Shown: piece after piece, positions 13,225 to 27,539 of the stretch
Position numbering within the stretch: the first letter of the stretch is position 1
Layout of the letters: each line of letters starts with the position of its first letter
Assembly (NCBI GenBank): GCA_965645245.1
Contig: OZ287071.1
Coordinates: forward strand, 2,666,001 to 2,730,000
From: Massalongia carnosa
Taxonomy: Eukaryota
DNA: 64,000 bases
Reading direction: 5' to 3'
Made by a program: the position numbers and the translations under genes
Notes under the pieces: model-generated
The model's database searches: none
The model's input: the letters and a program-made list of their open reading frames with translations, nothing else
What the model was told of the DNA's origin: nothing

Positions 13225-14116
13225 TGTGCGACTCTTGGACGGTAACTCTGGCCTAATTTCTCTGCGCTCGACACTCATGTAAAGCGAACCTCCACCACCT
13301 TTCTAAAAACCATATAGTAAGGGAACATCAATCACCTTGAGTCCACTGCTTCCGTGGATCGGGGTGGCGCGGTATTCGTCAAGCATCTTGGAGCGCATAT
13401 TATGTACATACATGGAACTTTCACCACCGTCATGCTATGCCACAATCCAAGAAGTATACGTTCCCAACCCCCCACACAATACATGATAATGGCTTGGTGA
13501 GTGTTTTGCGACTCGAAGGGGTTTAGAATACTCTAGTCTACCTTACGTGCCCTGAGACTGCAGGAAAGGGTTGAAACCGATTTGTTTCTGTTATAGCGGC
13601 ATGGATCATGTCAACTGCCAGATCAGCTTGTCATCGTGCATTCTATATGTACATCGTGCGGCTTTATGTTGATGTCAACAGTCGAATCATGTCCAGCGGA
13701 GTTGTGGCGTGGACAGTGGGGGGCCGATGCTCCAAGTCGTGCATCGGGACACATAATCAAAGTGTCTGAAACAGACGACGTAGCGATTTTCATGGATAGA
13801 GAAACATAGTTCACGAAGGCAAAGACCGACAACTTGCTCTGTATTTTGTTTGTGGAATCTTTGCTCATGACACAGTCGACAGGACGCCTTGACATGGGCA
13901 TACGCTTCAAGAGTAGTCGTTTTATTCACGAAGTGAATAGTCTTGCTGATAGTCAGAGTGATAGTTCGAATTGTCTACTCGAAGTACGATCGCACTGATT
14001 AGTGGCCCTGACAAGACATATCTCATACAGCTTCCGTCTATATATAAATGTTGCTATGAGCTGTGGAGCACTCGATCCACGATACAGTGTATGATGTCTC
14101 ATGCCGAAACTTCAAC

Positions 14117-15000
14117 ATGCATCTCGATTGCCGCGTATCGGGTAAAACTCCATTACCCTGCATTGGTAAATATTATGTGTCAGAAGCTTACGATGTGTTT
14201 AGGGAGTAACGAGCGCTTTGTCTGGAGTCGCCATCATCACATACGCTAGTCGTGCCTACATTCGTGCCAGGATCCTCAAGCAATACTCAGCTGAGGATGC
14301 CCTTCTTCTCTTCGCCGCTATATGCTTGTGCGCTACAACAGGCTTGACTTTCAGCATCTTACAAGAGCAGTACGATTTGATTCAATTGATACTATATAAC
14401 CCCAGCATCGACCTGCTTCTTACGGTCGTACACGAAATCCTAAGAGTAACCAAAGCGGAGAACTCTGTGACGACTCTCTGGTGGTTTGTTATTTCCTCGG
14501 TGAAACCGGCATACCTGTTTTTCTTTCGCCGTCTGATCGTCCGCTTGCCGAACTTGAAAAAATGGTGGTGGTTTGCCGTGGCGTTCACCTGCCTGGCGGT
14601 ATCATGGTTAACATGTCCGTATTTTTCTCTGGATAAAGTGCTAAGTCAGTAAACCTAGTCAAACTCCCAACTTCTCTAATCATGCTCGTTTATCAGCATA
14701 TTCAGGACCTTCTGCCAGCTACAGAACCATTCGCAGCATCACCATCTCCACCGTCATGAATATAGCAACCGACGCTGTAGTTTTATTGTTCCCGATTGCT
14801 CTCCTATGGAAAGTCTGGACGAGAGTCCGCCCAAAGATCGGCCTGGCTCTCTCGCTGTATCTTTCAATCGTCATGATCATCGTAGCCATCGTGCGAATCG
14901 CAGGTGTAAGACTATATCGACGGTTCTACCGTCGATATAGTCTGGCAAGCCTTCTGGCAGCAGCAAGAATATAATATCGCAGTAATCATGAACGACGATT
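14117..15000 (+). pseudogene. PTH11-like / rhodopsin-domain integral membrane protein remnant
   Basis: SRAYIRARILKQYSAEDALLLFA, SVKPAYLFFFRRL, MNIATDAVVLLFPIALLWKV..KIGLALSLYLSIVMIIVAIVRI, then a frameshift to STVDIVWQAFWQQQEYNIAVIM with the C-terminus lost. Boundaries approximate. Confidence 0.65.
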
Positions 15001-15694
15001 TCAATCGTAGTACTTATATCGCACATTCGAGATTCTGAAAAGTAAAGATTGACTTTATAGGGTGGCGATAACTGTGTTTTCACAATAAAAATCATCGCAT
15101 CTGAATAAAGACCACAATATGTCTAGAATTTATCTTTACCTTGCACGACGTTATCTCTTAATTATATTGAGGTAGATACAAAGAATATGTTGAACGTTAG
15201 GGACTTAAAATTACGAGCGATTTCTACTGAATTTATGAATGTGATATGTTATGAGAACGGACTCGGTTACTTGATTGTCGATCTTCGTTCCAGGACGATC
15301 ATGATTTCATGATTGATCGAATAGAAGCCTGAACTTATTGAAGCCACGCGGAGAAGTTACGACCACAGTTGATGGACGCTCATCTGGCTTGATTAGATGG
15401 TAATCTAGACTTCGGTGGATGATAAATTGCTTCTATCACGATGTCTGTCTTATTGGAAAACCCGATGTTTTAAAACATCATACATAAGATTTATGCTGAA
15501 CCTTCGCATAATGTTGGAAGTCAGAACATCGTTGGACTCATGTTGAGCGTTTGAGCGAGTCTACATATCATATCTCCATTCGCATATCTCGACATTTGAA
15601 CTGCACACAAACTCTCATGTTAATTCTGTAATTAGTAAATCCTTTTCTTTGAGATGAAACCTAAAAGTCTGAACTCTAATCTCATTTACGCTGT

Positions 15695-17081
15695 TCAGAG
15701 GGAGCTTCTATATTCCACAGCCAGGGTTTCACCCTTTTTCAATAACAATTGCTCCTTCAATAGCAGTTGCGCATTTTCTACTTGGCGGTTCATGTCTTCG
15801 TTCCAAATCCAATCCCAAGCATGTTCCAAATATTTTCGTGTTGCCTCTATATCATCTCCAATGACCTTGTCCTCGAAGTCATAAACCGCTCCGATTTTTC
15901 TACTCGAAGCCACCAATTGCTGCGATCTTGGTCTCCGCACCGCGTCATAGACAGCGAAGGCGCTTACCAGTTCTCCCGTGCTTTCAATCGAGGCCAGTAA
16001 TCTGGATAAGATCAAAGCATCTTCTACCGCCATGCCAGCACCGGCGCCGTGGTGTGGTGTGCTCGCGTGTGCCGAATCGCCAAGCAGACAAATCTTGCCC
16101 TTCCAATGATACGTTGCCGCTGGCAGATGGTCAAATAATGCCCATAATGTGGGCTTCTTGATCAAGCTAAGAATATTAATCACCGGCTCGCTCCAACCAT
16201 GGAAGTCCGCAAGCATTTCTTCCCTCGTTGCGGGCCTCATCCACGTATCCTCGTTCCATCTCCCATCTTCCTTCGTATGATACCCAACTACGTTGATAAT
16301 CTTGCCCTGCTCGATCGGTGTCATGAGTACATGACCATGATTTCCCAGGTCTAGCTGATCAGCACCATGGCGCCTACCATGAAGAGATTGAACACTCACA
16401 CATCTGGCTATTGAGCGCCAACTCCTCCCCTAAGATCATTATAGCCTCCTCCGCCGGTACAAGCCCGCGATAGCAATACTTGCCCGAGAACACTGCCTCG
16501 CTCGTTTCATATCCTTTATCAAGCAACAGTTTTCTCATCTGGCTCTTGATCCCATCGCATCCCACAGCCGCATCATGTCTCGCCTCGGTGCCGTCACAAA
16601 ACCTCAACAGCACCCCTTCTCCGGCCTCAGTCTCGATCCCCACAAGCCTCTTCCCAAAACTCGCCGCGCCCTGCGGCATTAATTCCACCAGCTCCTCCAG
16701 GAAGCGCGCGCGATGCACGCTAGATGTCTTGCCCTCGGACCTGACCTCGCATATCAACTGGCCTGCTACCATCCCGTCCACTCTTGGCTTCTCCATGCCG
16801 TAGCGGAAGTTGAAAAACCTCCCGTCCTCCAAGGGCGATGCGAACGTCGTCTCGCACCGCTTGTACCCTTCCAGAATAGCCGTGTCCAGCAATGCCATAG
16901 CTCTCAGCGCGTTGGGGCCGAGGCCTACACCCGCGCCAGTCTCGGAGAAAGCGGCCGCGGCCTCGTACACGTGGACGGAGATGTTCCGGCGGGCGAGAGC
17001 GATGGCCAGGCAAAGCCCGCCAATCCCACCGCCGACCACAGCGAGGGAGAAAGGTTTGGAAGAGAAATTGGGGGCGTCCAT
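15695..17081 (-). CDS. FAD-dependent monooxygenase (salicylate hydroxylase-like), 2 exons: 17081-16400, 16350-15695
   Basis: GxGxxG (VVGGGIGG), VHRARFL, GCDGIKS and LLGDSAHASTPHHGAGAGMAVEDA. A 49-nt GTGAGT..CTAG intron joins the two ORFs in frame (SQM-YLGNHGH). Confidence 0.92.
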
Positions 17082-18711
17082 TTGGTTGGGACTTGTGAAT
17101 TAAGCTTTGGGGAGGGAGAGTTGGTGAGGTTGTTGTTAAAAGTCATTCATATACGATCAGCCAAACTGAAGGAGAGAGAGAAATGTTATGTAGCACTACT
17201 CGCGCGCCCGGGTGGGGGGGGGGGCCATCGCGATAGCCTCGATCCAAATTTAAATACTCTGTACATTACTACCCTACCTCCCATCTATCATCTTTCAAAC
17301 CCCTCGGAAAACGCAAAAGCTCGGGTGGGGAAGCCAACTGCAAAAACGCGCCGAAGGGGATATAAACTTTGCGACACGATACGCGAATTAGTTACATATT
17401 TGAGCTAAGCCAAGTTTGAAATAAGCTTAACCAGATTAATTAAGTTAAGTGAATTGATTAGCGTCGTTGAAACTGCTTTAAGTTACGCAAAATTGAAGAA
17501 AAGGACAGAATAAGAAAGATATCAGTAGAAGCGTCATGGCTTGACAAAAAAAGAAGCCTCCTCGGACGGTTTCAATGCGTGCAATCTAGATGAAGCAATT
17601 TGTTTTTTTCTTGAAACGATTTCTCTCCTGTCCGCTACCAGTTGAACCTTCGTCTTCTCTTCCTAGAATTTTATAGTCGAGAAGATAAAGAACACAAGAA
17701 CGCGAAATCATAACATCAACGACATGATGACAAGAAGAAAAAGCAGCTGAGAGTTAACGACTATAACAACGCGGTTTATTGTAAGATTCCAAGGGACTGT
17801 CTTTCCGCCACAGGGGAATAGAGGCTTGACAAAGATGGAGAGCAGACTTCAGAGCGATTATGTTTGCTAAGACTCTGTAATCGTCGGCCTCGCTTAGCTG
17901 CCTCCATACGGGGTGTACCACCTAGTGCACCTCTAGTCGGGGAAAGCGTTATTTCAATTTCAGGATTTGTATCACCCATTTTATAACCTATTTTGCAGCT
18001 TTTTGCGACACTTCTCGACCGCAACCTACGACCGTTAACTGTTATTATTCATATCATAAATAGATATCATCTGCACATCCTAACTGCTCATTTATCAATC
18101 GGGAATGCATTATATTTTTTCCAATTTCATCAGCTTTTATCACCTATTTACAACTCATTTGCGACGCCGTCTCATCATGATTTGCAATCTTCATTTGCTT
18201 TATTTTCAACCTCATTTGCAAATATTATTAATAAGTAGATATATATCAATAGCGCGTTCTAATAGTAACTCCTAGTCTGACGATAGCCTTCTTGATAAAA
18301 GTTAAACTGCTTATTCTCATCATCCTCATCATCCTTATCATTCTTATTATTCTTATCAAAAGCTATAAATATCACGGTCTGTAGGTAGAGGTCCTATCCA
18401 TGTGGTGCAAAGTGCTTTATTATGAAGTATGCTACATGATAGTGAGGAGGGGTAGTGGGTAAAAGGCGGTACTGATCGTGATAGATCAATGGTGCTATTT
18501 TCGATCATATTTGTTTCGATTAACTAATCACGATACAATTAAATGCATAGAAAGATGTTATATCGAAAACCAACAAGTTATATGCCCCACGTCGCTCTTC
18601 GCTAGAGTCCTACCGCACTAATGTTTGGACAAGATCTTCCAATCACACGAACGGGCTACCCATTAACAGAACTCTGATACGAACAGTAAAGCAAGTCTTC
18701 GAGCCCCTCTC

Positions 18712-19337
18712 TCATCTTCTAGATTCATCCTTCACGTTCTTGGCATTATACAGATCCTCATTTAAATCATCGATATCGCGAGGATACTGATCCTGGCTTT
18801 GTCTATCGCTGCGTACGCCCGTTAGTCCATTGGCTTGACAACACTTCGAAAGGAGGAAAAAGCTAACCTCTTTATGAACTGATCACCTGCTCCGACTACG
18901 TGAGCGGAAAATGCGTTTTGAGCAACGGCATGGCTCCGTAGGCGATTGATGTTTCTAGGATTGACATTAGGAGCGGCTGCTTGGTGTTGTCGAGGCTGGG
19001 GGCTTTCAAAGATCTCCTCACTTCCAGTCAACCATTTCTCGATGGACGAATCCTTCCCGAAATGATTGACATTTGTCGGCCCATCGCGCTCCAAGAGTGC
19101 GACCTTGATTGGAGCCTTGTCATTCATCGGCCATGTCCAGGCCCGAGTATCCACTGAGATTGGTCGCTGTTGCTGCCGATCGAGTGTTATAGCACTACCC
19201 CTGTCATTCCTCGATATGACAGGATCAATGTCCTGCGACTTCTCAGCATGAATTATGTCTTTGGCTGAGTGACGATGCTGGCCGCTGTTCCCTAGTGCCA
19301 GGGTTGAGACATGTGGTTTCTCAGTTGCGGGAGACAT
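18712..19337 (-). CDS. Small hypothetical protein, 2 exons: 19337-18868, 18808-18712
   Basis: Open frame from MSPATEKPH. Intron 18867-18809 (GTTAGC..GACTAAC..CAG) splices in frame to SDRQSQDQYPRD..ESRR*. No recognisable domain. Confidence 0.45.
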
Positions 19338-21163
19338 GTTTATTTCTGAGCATGCAGCGTACACGAGAAGATTTGAATGATATGATAGTATGAAAAGGCC
19401 AAGGTAAGGATACAATTGTGTTCTCTGAACTTTTTTCAGACTGATGGCCAGCTACTCTTACATCTTCATGCGAGGAGTTGAGTCTGCGTAGCTTCATTCA
19501 CCAACTGTCTCCTCGCGACGAGCCTACAGTCTTTGTTAGGATTCGAGAGATAAGGGGGAAAGCCCTGTTTCCTCCCTATCAACCTTTTGTGTCCAAGGAA
19601 CTCGTCCCGTGACATCACCTACACTAGCGTTGAGCCTTGAATATTGACTGGACTTTGCGGGGGACATGTCATTGTAACATGTCTAGCGACCACTTCACAG
19701 AACTGTACCTGCTGTGGCGGAGGAAACAGTCTTTCCTCCCATCCTTTTCAATATATGGTCCGAAGTAACCGACCCAAGCAAGGGAATTCCTTTCTCTTTT
19801 CTCTTTCTCCGCTGGCAGACCTATGAATGCCGCCTGCTGAAACACAGCTCTCGATCCAAATGTACCGTCTTTCTTATCGATTATAAGGACTTTTTCCGAC
19901 TACCTAGCTATCCGTTGTGAAGCAAAACATCTTACATCAAGCCTATCATAAATTGGATGGGATTAATTTGCCAATATTAAGAACACTATTGGTGTACTAT
20001 GTTGAGAACGTGAAAGTTTCTGAAAAAATAAAAACGAAGGCATATTTCTTGCATCTAAGCAGTCCAGCAGTATACAATTTTAACCTTAGTTCATTAAGTT
20101 TTCGCTTTCATCTATTTAAGTATCTGAGGAGATTCCGGTGAGGTGTATGTCATGGTCAACCTGCTTCTGATGTCGTTGAAGCTGATCTTTGCGTGCGAAA
20201 CCATCTTTGCTTGGGCAATTCGGTACACCACACCTGAAAGGCTTATCGTGCTTCTGCATGTGTGACCTTGAGTGGCATTAACTACAAGACAATATCGAGT
20301 GGTAGATGGTGAGAGATAGGTGAGTGTGTGTTATCGTACCTGTATGATGAGTTTTGCTCAAATATGACAAGCTGACCATCAGGCTTAACGCCGCCTTTGG
20401 TGCAGTTAAAGCCGTAAGAACAACGACGGTTGCCTCTCCCACGACCTAACAACCCGTTTTGAGGATTACTCGGTAGATACTGGGACGAATCGGACCTAGG
20501 CGAGTAGTTCGCCTCATCTACAGATTTATCACGTGGCCTTAGGAAAGCGCCTGCAGTCCAGGATTTGAAGACCGATGAGGTGTGGGTCGAGAAGGCAGTA
20601 CGAACTGGTCAATAGGGCTCATTGTGCCGCTCGCCACGGAGAAAGACGTTGTCCTTCTTGTTTTGGATTTCTGCTCAAAACATGTTTTGGGGCTTTGCGC
20701 CCAGATGCCTTCCAGAACGTGTGTAGTTTCTGTAAGATTTGAAGCAATTTTCCTACCCATAATTAAGTCAGGTTCAGAGTTCTGGAGTAAGGAAGGGGTG
20801 AAACGAGCTTGAGATAGTGGTTTTTATCATCTAAATAGTCCAGGGATCCGAATTCCGAAAAATCGTGAGAGGTCGTCCATCTCTTGGAGTACCTGCTTGC
20901 AATAAATATCTATGTGTTCCCCTTGAACTAGCTTCTTAGTTATTTGCGATATCATCCGTATAATCAGGACTAGGAAATCGCCAGTATCCGCGAGAAGACA
21001 ACCTCTGCCAAGACGGTGTGCGGTTGCATTGATGGTGGAGGTGGATGTCTGAGCAATCGCAGCCCGGAGTACTGTGTAAGTCGCCAAGCCAGGTGTCAGG
21101 GTCCACGCAGGAGAGAATAGCGTTGACTAGGGGTTGTGCCATGATTTTTAGTTGCTCAGGCTT

Positions 21164-22715
21164 CGAGTAGAATCGCCAATCTGGCAGACTCGTAAAGTTC
21201 TACTGCTTATTAGGACTAGCTTAAGCCTCACCCTCACACTAAATTAACAGTCCATCTACTAATGCAACGTCCCCCCGCAAGCTTCATATACCTACCTAGT
21301 TGATTATAACCCAGTCACTTGCAACATTACTTGTTGCTGTAGCCAATTCAAACATCACACGTAGCTAGCCTCTGATTATTTGATGTGGGGTAATCATCCC
21401 ATATACCCAACGTTTATCATCTTTTCGATTATATTCTTTCTCTCAGTTATGGCCTCCGCCTTATTTTCCCTAGATCAGAAAATTGGAAAGACCAAGGCCC
21501 TTCTCCCTCCAGCCCATTGTCTCCCTCCCTCAAGAGGGAGAAGGTTTCGCTAGCTGAGAGGAGGGAAAGGCTCGCCTTCAGGACTATGCTTTTACCCAGG
21601 GGTTCGCGATAGTCATAGACTCTTTTCTGAAAACACGGGGTGTCATGTTATTAGAATGCACACGTCATCATCGAAAAGAGAGAAACACCAGAAAATTGGC
21701 TGAGACAGACCGCCAACGAAAGAGCACGAAAGTTTCGTTCAATAACTACAAATATAGAGTCCGCCTGATAAAAAAAGATGAGATCTGGAGCTTAGCACTC
21801 ACCAACCCCGTACGCAATCATTCCATGGCCAATGATCCTTTCAGTTTCAAAGATCATAATAGGGACCCCGACCGAGCAGAAACCCTAGATCATGCGAAAG
21901 GTCTTCGCGATTCATGTACTAAATATACCCAAGCCTCAAGAACTCTGCGTGTTCAGGGACTTCGTCTTTCGAAGAATGATTATTACAACCTAGTTCGATC
22001 TGAAGGAAGTCATACATCCGCAGAGGAGATGGATTATACACTTGGATGCTTGAAAGAAGGAGGGTTTCACGTGCGCTGTTTGGAGAAATATATAGTTAAA
22101 AACAACATACGGCAGCGACGTGTTGTGAAGTTATTTTTCTTCTGCAATAAAGAGCCAATCAGATTTGTTGCAATGAGTTGTATATGTTTAAAATAGGAGG
22201 GATGGATAGAGGATGATGGACCCAATGCACAGAAAATAGGTGGCAGAGTGCCAGAAGTCTCTGGATAGTACAGAACTTCTATGAATGAAATAATTCAGAT
22301 TATTGCGACTAATCTCTATGCTATGCGTAGGAGTGATGCTATATACATATTGATCACAGAACATTCGAGATTCTCCTCGAATGTCTATAGACCTGAATTT
22401 CTAAGCATCGAAGATACCAGAAATTCTCAGATGTAGCTATTCCCATATCAGTAAAATACGCGAAGGCATTCGCATATTACGTCAGATATGATCCAGCTGG
22501 CTTGGCATTCGCAACAGTATATAATAGTAATGAAATAGTAGAGTGTAATAGGTGTGACTTTTTCATACAGTCAATCTGGATATAACGATATTTTCGGCTT
22601 ATTAGCTAGGTATATGAAGCATTCGGGACGTTACATTAGTAGATGGACTATTAATTTAGTGTGAGGGTGAGGCTTAAGTTAGTCCTAATAAGCATTCCGA
22701 GGGGTCTGCCAGATG
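21164..22715 (+). mobile_element. Internally deleted MULE (family A) non-autonomous derivative
   Basis: Left end CGAGTAGA..atctggcagac..ctcacactaaattaacagtccatctactaatg, with an inverted copy at about 22600-22713. The transposase 5' part (near-identical to 25144-25962) is fused directly to the family 3' end (gcaatgagttgtata). The right terminus is not exactly resolved. Confidence 0.8.
22185..22516. mobile_element. Solo LTR (332 bp) inside the MULE derivative
   Basis: TGTTT...CAACA termini with the 5-bp TSD GTATA (22180-22184 and 22517-22521). Removing it restores sequence homologous to the MULE-A 3' end. Confidence 0.85.
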
Positions 22716-22773
22716 GTGTGCCTCAGTACCTCAGACGTGCTGTGGCTCAGCCTTCGCCTTTATTAACCTTTTC

Positions 22774-25700
22774 CGGAAAAAGTCATACCTATTACGCTCT
22801 ACTACTTCATTATTATATACAACTCATTGCGATGGCCTCAACTCTGAAAACTCATCAATCAGTTGCGAAACATCCTCCTTTCTAGGCTTCATAGTCCTAG
22901 CAATCTTCCTAGCTACCGCCTGCTTCTTCGCCTCGGCCTAGCCTGTTTTTATCTGCTTGCTCTGCCCTTTGCTGGGATTCCAACTCCAACAGAGCCTTTG
23001 ATTTTTTGGCTACACCCCGAGACCTTCGCGTTGTGGCAGACGAAGTAGGAGGCAACTGACTGAAGCGGAAGTTTTAACTAAGACTATAAAGGGACGGGGC
23101 CGTTTGAGATGAGACTTTTTGGCTTTGTTTCGCCAGCACTTCATCAATATCTTCAAACGAATCGGAAGACGTTGAAGATGCATCGGTGTCATTCGAAGGA
23201 AGTGTGAGACTCGTAGAAGGATCGAGAATCGGCTGAGTGTCTACATAATGCAGATCATCGTCGTCGGAGACGATGACCGCATCTTCAGCCAAATCTACTA
23301 CATCATATGTTAGCCGCGCTGCGTCGATTTGCTTATATCATGGGTTTTTACCATCGCTAATCACAGTCTCGTTTTCATCGCTTTCACGCAGTTTATCATG
23401 CCGTCGCCTTCTCCCTTGTTCAATCAAGTCCCTACGTCTAGCACGTCACTGATTGGCCTCATCTGCCTCAGCTGCCTCGCGGCCAGTGTAAGCACGCCGA
23501 CGACTTCCTCCCTTTTTCCACCTGAGGTTTTCCTTCGTTCGGATTTCGTCAGGGAAAGTTGTTGGGATAAGAAATCCAGACGACTCCCTTTCCAGCCATT
23601 GTTGATTGAATTTGGCGCTGTTTGCTACGTATGCTCGAGCATACTCCTCATCTCGATGTGAATTTTCCATTGATTTGTGCAAATCCATTGGCTCAAATGC
23701 TGCAGATTGCATCATATCAACTCCACCGCGGCGATATCTATCACCGTCCTTCTTCACTTCTCCCCCTTTGCCTTTCCTTCTTCTCACCTCCTGCTCATCC
23801 TCCTCTTCCATCTCCTCCTCATCCTCCTCTTCCACCTCATCCTCACTCTCCCTCCATACCTCCTCCTTATCCTCTTCCTTATCCTCTTCCGGCTCCGCCT
23901 CTCCCTCTCCTGCAGCGTTTCTAAGCATGTCTTCAAAGCTTAAGGCAGAATTGAAAGTCATTCGCCACGAGATAACAGCAGGCGGACCATCGAAAAACCA
24001 GCGAGGATGAATGAGAGAGATGGGGATGGGAATGACGTCAACGACGCAAGAGTACAACCAACACTTGCACGGGAGACCAAATCGCAAAAGCAATTGACAA
24101 TTATGTACACAACTCTCGCCTGTTAGTTCAATTGGTGAGGTCAATCCTGAATAGACTCGCTGATCGAACTCTTCAGCTAGCTTTTTGGCCCCATCCAACT
24201 CTCTGGAGACGAGGTCAATAGCTTGATGAGTTATTTTTCCCGTGAGATGTCTGAATGCAAACCTATCCATCAATCGAGGATTATTGATTCGTTGCTGATT
24301 GATCATGGTTTCATATTCAATCTGCTTCTCCTTAACCTCATCACAGATTTTCTGAACGGATTTTCTCATGGGAGTATGCCTATTGGTCACACTTTTGATC
24401 ATAGGATGTAGGCCTTCAACCCGCTGAGTGCTATTCGCACCTAAATTAGGGAGCTGATTGGTATGCGCGTGCACAAAGTGAGCTTCCTGGCGTTTATAAA
24501 ATTTTATAAGATAATCCTGCATATAAAAACATATCTATTAGTCGTAGTCCTCGAGAAAATTAATCTTAACTCTAACTCAATCAGGTTTAACCTCAGGGTT
24601 AAACCTCAACTTCTACACATCAACATACCTTTTCTGAATCGTGCAATTTGTTCAACAACATCCTCCTTCTTTCATTCAATTTTTCGATAGTAGGAGACTT
24701 TATCCACGCCCAGATCAACGCCATCAATTCTTTCCGAATCTCTACTGGATAGGTCCCCGCCTTGATGAGTCGTTTCTTAATGGCTTCGGCTGCATGCCAG
24801 CTGCAAAGCTGCAAAGCGCAGTCCTAACCGCCCGCGGTCATCGATTGAGAGACTTGCCATGCCATGCCCAATGCAGCGTCAGCATCTACTGTCTAAAGTC
24901 TTTTTCTCTGCATCGCCGCCGATAACCCAGCTGCAAAGTCTCCAAGTTTGACTCTAGGACCAGGGCATTCGTCATGAAAGATCAAGTCCTTCATACAATC
25001 AAGTATAAAAGTGAAGCACTCCGCCGATTCGGAAGTTATATAACAGTAGGCCACGGGGAAGGTAAGTCCTGTATTAGTGACTCCAACTACAACGGACAGA
25101 GGCAAGTTCAATTTGTTAGTATTGAACGTTGCATCCGTTTCGATCAAAAACCCACTGACAAAACGTCTGGTAATCTGATTTGCTCTTTATTGCAGAAGAA
25201 AATTAACTCCACAACACGTCGCTGCCGTATGTTGTTTTTAACTATATATTTCTCCAAACAGCGCATGTGAAACCCTTCTTCTTTCAAGCATCCAAGTGTA
25301 TAATCCATTTCCTCTGCGGGTGTATGACTCCCTTCAGATCGAACTAGGTTATAATAATCATTCTTCGAAAGACGAAGTCCCCGAACACGCAAAGTTCTTG
25401 AGGCTTGGGTATATTTAGTACATGAATCGCGAAGACCTTTCGCATGATCTAGGGTTTCTGCTCGGTCGGGGTCCCTATTATGATGTTCTTTGAAACTGAA
25501 AGGATCATTGGCCATGGAATGATTGTGTACGGGGTTGGTGAGTGCTAAGCTCCAGATCTCATCTTTTTTTTTTCTTAGGCGGACTCTATATTTGTAGTTA
25601 TTGAATGAAACTTTCGTACTCTTTCGTTGGCGGTCTGTCTCAGCCAATTTTCTGGTGTTTCTCTCTTTTCGATGGGGACGTGTGCATTCTAATAACATGA

Positions 25701-26177
25701 CTCCCCGTGTTTTCTGAAAAGATTCTATGACTATCGCGAACCCCTGGGTAAAAGCATAGTCCTGAAGACGAGCCTTTCCCTCCTCCCAGCTAGCGAAACC
25801 TTCTCCCTCTTGAGGAGGGAGACAATGGGCTGGAGGGAGAAGGGCCTTGGCCTTTCCAATTTTCTGATCTAGGGAAAATAAGGCGGAGGCCATAACTGAG
25901 AGAAAGAATATAATCGAAAAGATGATAAACGTTGGGTATATGGGATGATTACCCCTCATCAAATAATCAGAGGCTAGCTACGTGTGATGTTTGAATTGGC
26001 TACAGCAATAAGTAATGTTGCAAGTGACTGGGTTATAATCAACTAGGTAGGTATACTGTGTATGAAGCTTGCGGGGGACGTTGCATTAGTAGATGGACTA
26101 TTAATTTAGTGTGAGGATAATAAGCAGTAGAACTTTACGAGGGGTCTGCCAGATGGGGTCTGTCCCGAATCTACTCG
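22774..26177 (-). mobile_element. MULE/Mutator family A copy, transposase pseudogene (about 25893-22824), 3' TIR missing
   Basis: FAR1-like N-terminus (LQDYAFTQGFAIV..NPVHNH), MULE core (ETDATFNTNKLNLPL, LGDFAAGL, LCSWHAAEA, STQRVEGLH) and SWIM-like RFGLPCKC. The terminus is the reverse complement of CGAGTAGATTCGGGACAGACCCC at 26177. Several frameshifts and stops. Confidence 0.9.
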
Positions 26178-26347
26178 ATCTCTGTAAAAGGTTCAGTATG
26201 TCAAACCTCAGAAGTTGAAAATAATGAATGATAAATTCACGTGTATGTATAATAGCATGATTGTCATTGAAGGTAATTATCTATGTGGGCTACTTGTCTG
26301 CTTTATATAGCAGTCACAAAACAGTCACATCTAGGAGCTTAAACGGT

Positions 26348-27532
26348 CGAGATGCTTAGGGACACCCCCCGACCGTCCCCCCTTGTGTAAATCTTTACTA
26401 GTAAACAGCCTTTTTACTACTCATCCAGGGTGCGTACAAGCTAGCAGTTACACTACGTATTAATAATGTTGCTGTTACTGACTAAATGTATTCAACATCT
26501 ACAAATCTACCTATTGCGATGACTTCAATTCCAAAAACTCGTCAATCAATTGCGATACATCATCTTTTCTAGGCTTCATGATTTTAGCCATCTTTCTCAT
26601 CGTCGTTTCCTTTCTCGCTTTAGTCCTAATCTGTTTGATTTCTCGACTCTTTCCTGAGATTCCAACTCCAACTGAGCCTTTGATTTCTTCGTCGCATCTC
26701 GAGACCTTCGCGTTGTTGCAGAGGAAGTAGGAAGAATTCGACTGACGCGCACAGTTTTGACTAAGACTATAAAGAGATGAAGGCGGCGCTGCCTGAAATA
26801 GTGCTTTTTGACTATGCTTGACAAGCACATCGTCAATATCTTCGAGCGAATCCGACGAGGCTTCTGATGAAAGCATAACATCATTATCGTCATCCGAAGG
26901 AAGCATAGGACCCATAGAACGACCGAGAATGAGCTGAGTGCTTATATACTGCACCTTGTCGTCGTCGGAGACGATAGACGCATTTTCGATTCTCTTCATG
27001 ACTAAGTTTTCTCCTAAACCTATTGTAGCTTGTATTCAATATTAATCGATCCGGGCGCAATAGTGAGTTTTGTGATCAACGCGAAGCCTTAAATGAAGGC
27101 ACAGTCTTGAAGACGAGTCTTCACCTTTTCTCAAGACGAAAATAACTCATCCTCTTGCGGAGAGAGGAGGTGAGATGAAGATAGAAGGGCAATGACATGT
27201 TGCTTCCGTGCATCCAAAGAAGTGAGATCGGACTTCATCGCGATGAGGAGTAATAAAATATATAATATGAGGTATAGCATAAATGGAAGAAGAGATTTAG
27301 GGAGGAGGACAAGGGCAAGGAGAAATGATAAGTGAGGGTGAGGATGAAGGTGAGGGTATGCTTTATCAGACCGAGTAGGATAATTATTAGTAGCAATAAA
27401 CACGTGCTGTTGGCAGTTGCATTACTAGCTTGTACGCACCCTGGATGAGCAGTGAAATGGCTGTTTACTAGCAAAGATTTACACAGGGGGGGGGGGGACA
27501 CGGTCGGGGGGGGACTGTCCCTAAGCATCTCG
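26348..27532 (-). mobile_element. Non-autonomous MULE (family B) deletion derivative, about 1.19 kb
   Basis: About 110-bp imperfect TIRs CGAGATGCTTAGGGACA... / ...TGTCCCTAAGCATCTCG. Degenerate 9-bp TSD ttaaacggt / ctaaacgct (7 of 9 match). Internal ORF 26511-26999 matches the 3' end of the family-B copy at 59350-59860. Confidence 0.85.
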
Positions 27533-27539
27533 CTAAACG

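Noticed and set aside
16713..17408. 231-aa plus-strand ORF
   Set aside because: Antisense shadow of the GC-rich FAD monooxygenase exon.
17400..18360. AT-rich relic, possible pogo-like TIR near 17990-18045
   Set aside because: No partner TIR or recognisable transposase motif; too degraded to call.
20100..21142. Fragmentary minus-strand ORFs next to the MULE-A derivative
   Set aside because: No recognisable domain or coherent exon chain.
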